A stretch of 64,000 nucleotides of DNA, taken from Iphione sp. A-MEVVRFRX5 (Eukaryota). This document shows, piece after piece, positions 61,601 through 64,000 of the stretch (positions are counted from its first letter, which is position 1; each line of letters starts with the position of its first letter). Where the stretch lies: positions 63,674,001-63,738,000 of the forward strand of contig OZ320317.1 in the NCBI GenBank assembly GCA_976226885.1, read 5' to 3'. Below the pieces are notes generated by a model. That model was not told where the DNA came from, ran no database searches, and was given only the letters and a program-made list of their open reading frames with translations. A program made the position numbers and the translations under genes.

Positions 61601-63183
61601 AGTACTAGGTTTCGGCAGGAAAGAGTAACGGGTATTCACTACTTGACCAAATTCTGGGCTGTCTATTTTGAGCGGATTGCAACTATTCGCCCCAAAAGAT
61701 CTGATCCCTCCTACATGTCCACCTGTAAGACAAACGGACGACAAATGTTATTAGTAAACAGCTTACTCGTAGTCTTTGCTAATACATGACACATTCTGTA
61801 AAACCACTTAAACCAACCCTGCCACCCATTTCGCTCTATGTTCCTATCACCCCCGTGAGTCCATTATATTGCGTATTTGTACAGTACTTCATGTTGTTGT
61901 AGTGGCTGTTTTGTTTGGTTATAGGCAATTTCCAATTTGTTCTCTGGAAATCTGGGTGAGACTCAAACTTGCACAGGTGTTATTCATAGTCCAGCATTCC
62001 TATCCACTGCACCATTTGGTCTTGCCTTTAGTTTACCTCGTATATATGATATACTATTGTGTCCCAAATCCCTCCCTTTTCCTTCTAATGTTTTCATGAA
62101 TTAAACACTGTACATGTTTAGCGTGACCTCCAGAAATTCTTTCTACTTTTTCATGAATTTAGTGCATCTTTAGCCAAACCTCCAGTAAAATTTTAGTTTA
62201 AATTAGATAAAGACCTCGGACTGGCTCACATTCTATAATGTACTCAGTGGCTATGGCCACCTTGTACATTATATTATGTAATTGCTGATCCTCAAACTTT
62301 AACTAATACTTTTGACTTTTAGTTCCCTTGTAGATTGCAATTGTGGTATTACAAGCGGTATTGTGAAACAAAGGGTTGTAACAACAGTACCATTGAACTG
62401 ATTATCACTGTTCTACCTGCAGGTAAATGCGCTGGACAATGGGCCATCCACGCCTGTGGTGGAGGTAAGTGTGCTTTACCTCGCTATTTAGGCAGTGAAC
62501 CAATCACTGGTTACGTTATGTCCTGTGCGATTGATAGGCAACAGATGTAGCGACTATAATGCACGTTTTAGCCTCGGGAGATTGACCCAAAAAGTTTCCC
62601 CTTTTATCTTTTTCATCCACTTTCTTCATTTTTTTTTTCAATTGATCTCATGTGAAGCTTATGTTTTTTTCCATCCTTTCTCATCTATTCTATGTCTGCG
62701 GCTGCCTTTAATTATCTGTGTTCTCCGCTTTATTCATAATTCCGTGTCTCATAACGACTGAGTGTGTATTTTTATACATATGAAGTATTTTAGCTTTCTT
62801 CAGTTCTCCCGTTTCAGTTTTTTCATCACGATCAATTTATGATGCTTTCCGTTAATTCCTCTTATCTGCTATTTTATTATCCTCGTTTATGTCCTGAGCG
62901 TGTTCCCTTTCAATTCAATCATGTTTTCTCCAACTACTTCTGTCCCTTCCCTGTGTATCTGTAAACCATGGCACAGGACCCCTTAATGCTATTGTTCACG
63001 TTGTGTGACCAACTTTGTACCATGGGTACAACTTCAACTCTTGCCAACAATCTTGCTAGTTCTTTGAATGGAACTGCTTACGAATAACGCCAAGCAAGAA
63101 TCTTTGAAGATACAATGGATTAAATATTACCGATCCTCCTGTAGGAAGCCATGCGTTAGTGGCAGCACAAGTTGGTCATGAAA

Positions 63184-63270
63184 GGAAAAGTCGAGGGAGA
63201 GATTTATCAAAGTTAGAATATAGCTCATTCCTATACTCTGACTCTGATAAATCTCTCCCTCGACTTTTCC
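63184..63270. repeat. 87-nt near-perfect inverted repeat (40-bp stem, 7-nt loop)
   Basis: 37 of 40 stem positions are Watson-Crick; the plus strand has 2 A-C mismatches and 1 G-U. Confidence 0.95.
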
Positions 63271-64000
63271 AGTGACGCTTCACCCTATTGTTTCTTTCTG
63301 GGCCTCAGGTTGCCTGCAGTATGCTGTCCTTAGCATATACATGTATCCACTGGCTGCCTGCCTCTATCTTTTGTCTGTTTTCTCCAAGGACTCCTCTGAT
63401 CAGTCGCCCGAAGGCGTGCACGATAATTTGGGATTTGGGTTCAAACAAAAATATATCACTGGAAGGCATTCAGTCTCCCCAAGTTTTTTTTCCATTCCAG
63501 ATAGAGTAGAAACGCTTTCACTTACTGACGTTTTATGTGAGTGATGATGATGTAGAGGTAAGGTTTGCAGCAAAGACTTGAAGTATCTATATTACGAATA
63601 CACTGATTCTTCTAATTCAAGGTCAATGAATCTTATAACTACGAGCCTTTAAAACAATTAACCATTTAGCCGTTCCTTTCATTCTAAGAACAATAGAATA
63701 GAATATGCTTGTATTCCGAATCTTCATAGTGTTACAGAGCTACTTCTTTATTTGGACTGAATGTCGCTTTAGTAATTAACGTTATTTTGTCGTAATTGAG
63801 GCATAATAGATTGCTTAAACCAAAACGATTTCCAACTGTCGATATAATCAGTTTACCGCGTCAGTTGAGGTTAAGGAACTAATTTGATTGCAAATCAAAA
63901 AGTGAAAGTAAAACGCTTAACCACTGTAACCTCTGATGATCTGCTACCGAACGTAGCCACGCCTCAGTAGTTACCAGAACTAATAGCAACAGGATTATTG

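Overview
Eukaryotic, intron-containing, invertebrate-like genomic DNA; no prokaryotic operons or CRISPR arrays. (1) 1379-6199: a decayed Penelope-like retroelement (RT, Cys linker and GIY-YIG, Neptune-like) between two 294-bp direct pseudo-LTRs, each carrying a hammerhead-ribozyme-like core. (2) 9781-19550: a ~9.8-kb PIF/Harbinger DNA transposon with clear TIRs and THREE spliced genes that can be rebuilt with consistent intron phases: a Myb/SANT-like gene (+, 6 exons), a DDE transposase (-, 3 exons, catalytic motifs intact), and an unexplained third gene (+, 4 exons, ~703 aa). The third gene encodes a basic N-terminal helix, acidic repeats, a putative Tudor/SH3-like barrel, an array of SIM-like xDLTDD repeats and an NLS. 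The element also carries two intronic minisatellites and a dispersed 9-mer (ACGTGATAC, 10 exact copies). This is the most interesting system in the window. (3) ~24.2-26.0 kb: promoter, long ATG-depleted leader and signal-peptide first coding exon of a host secreted or membrane protein. It is followed by what appears to be a very large intron holding MITEs, tRNA-derived SINEs, RTE and CR1-group LINE remnants and two long near-perfect hairpins. All gene models, counts and coordinates were derived by eye and need computational confirmation.
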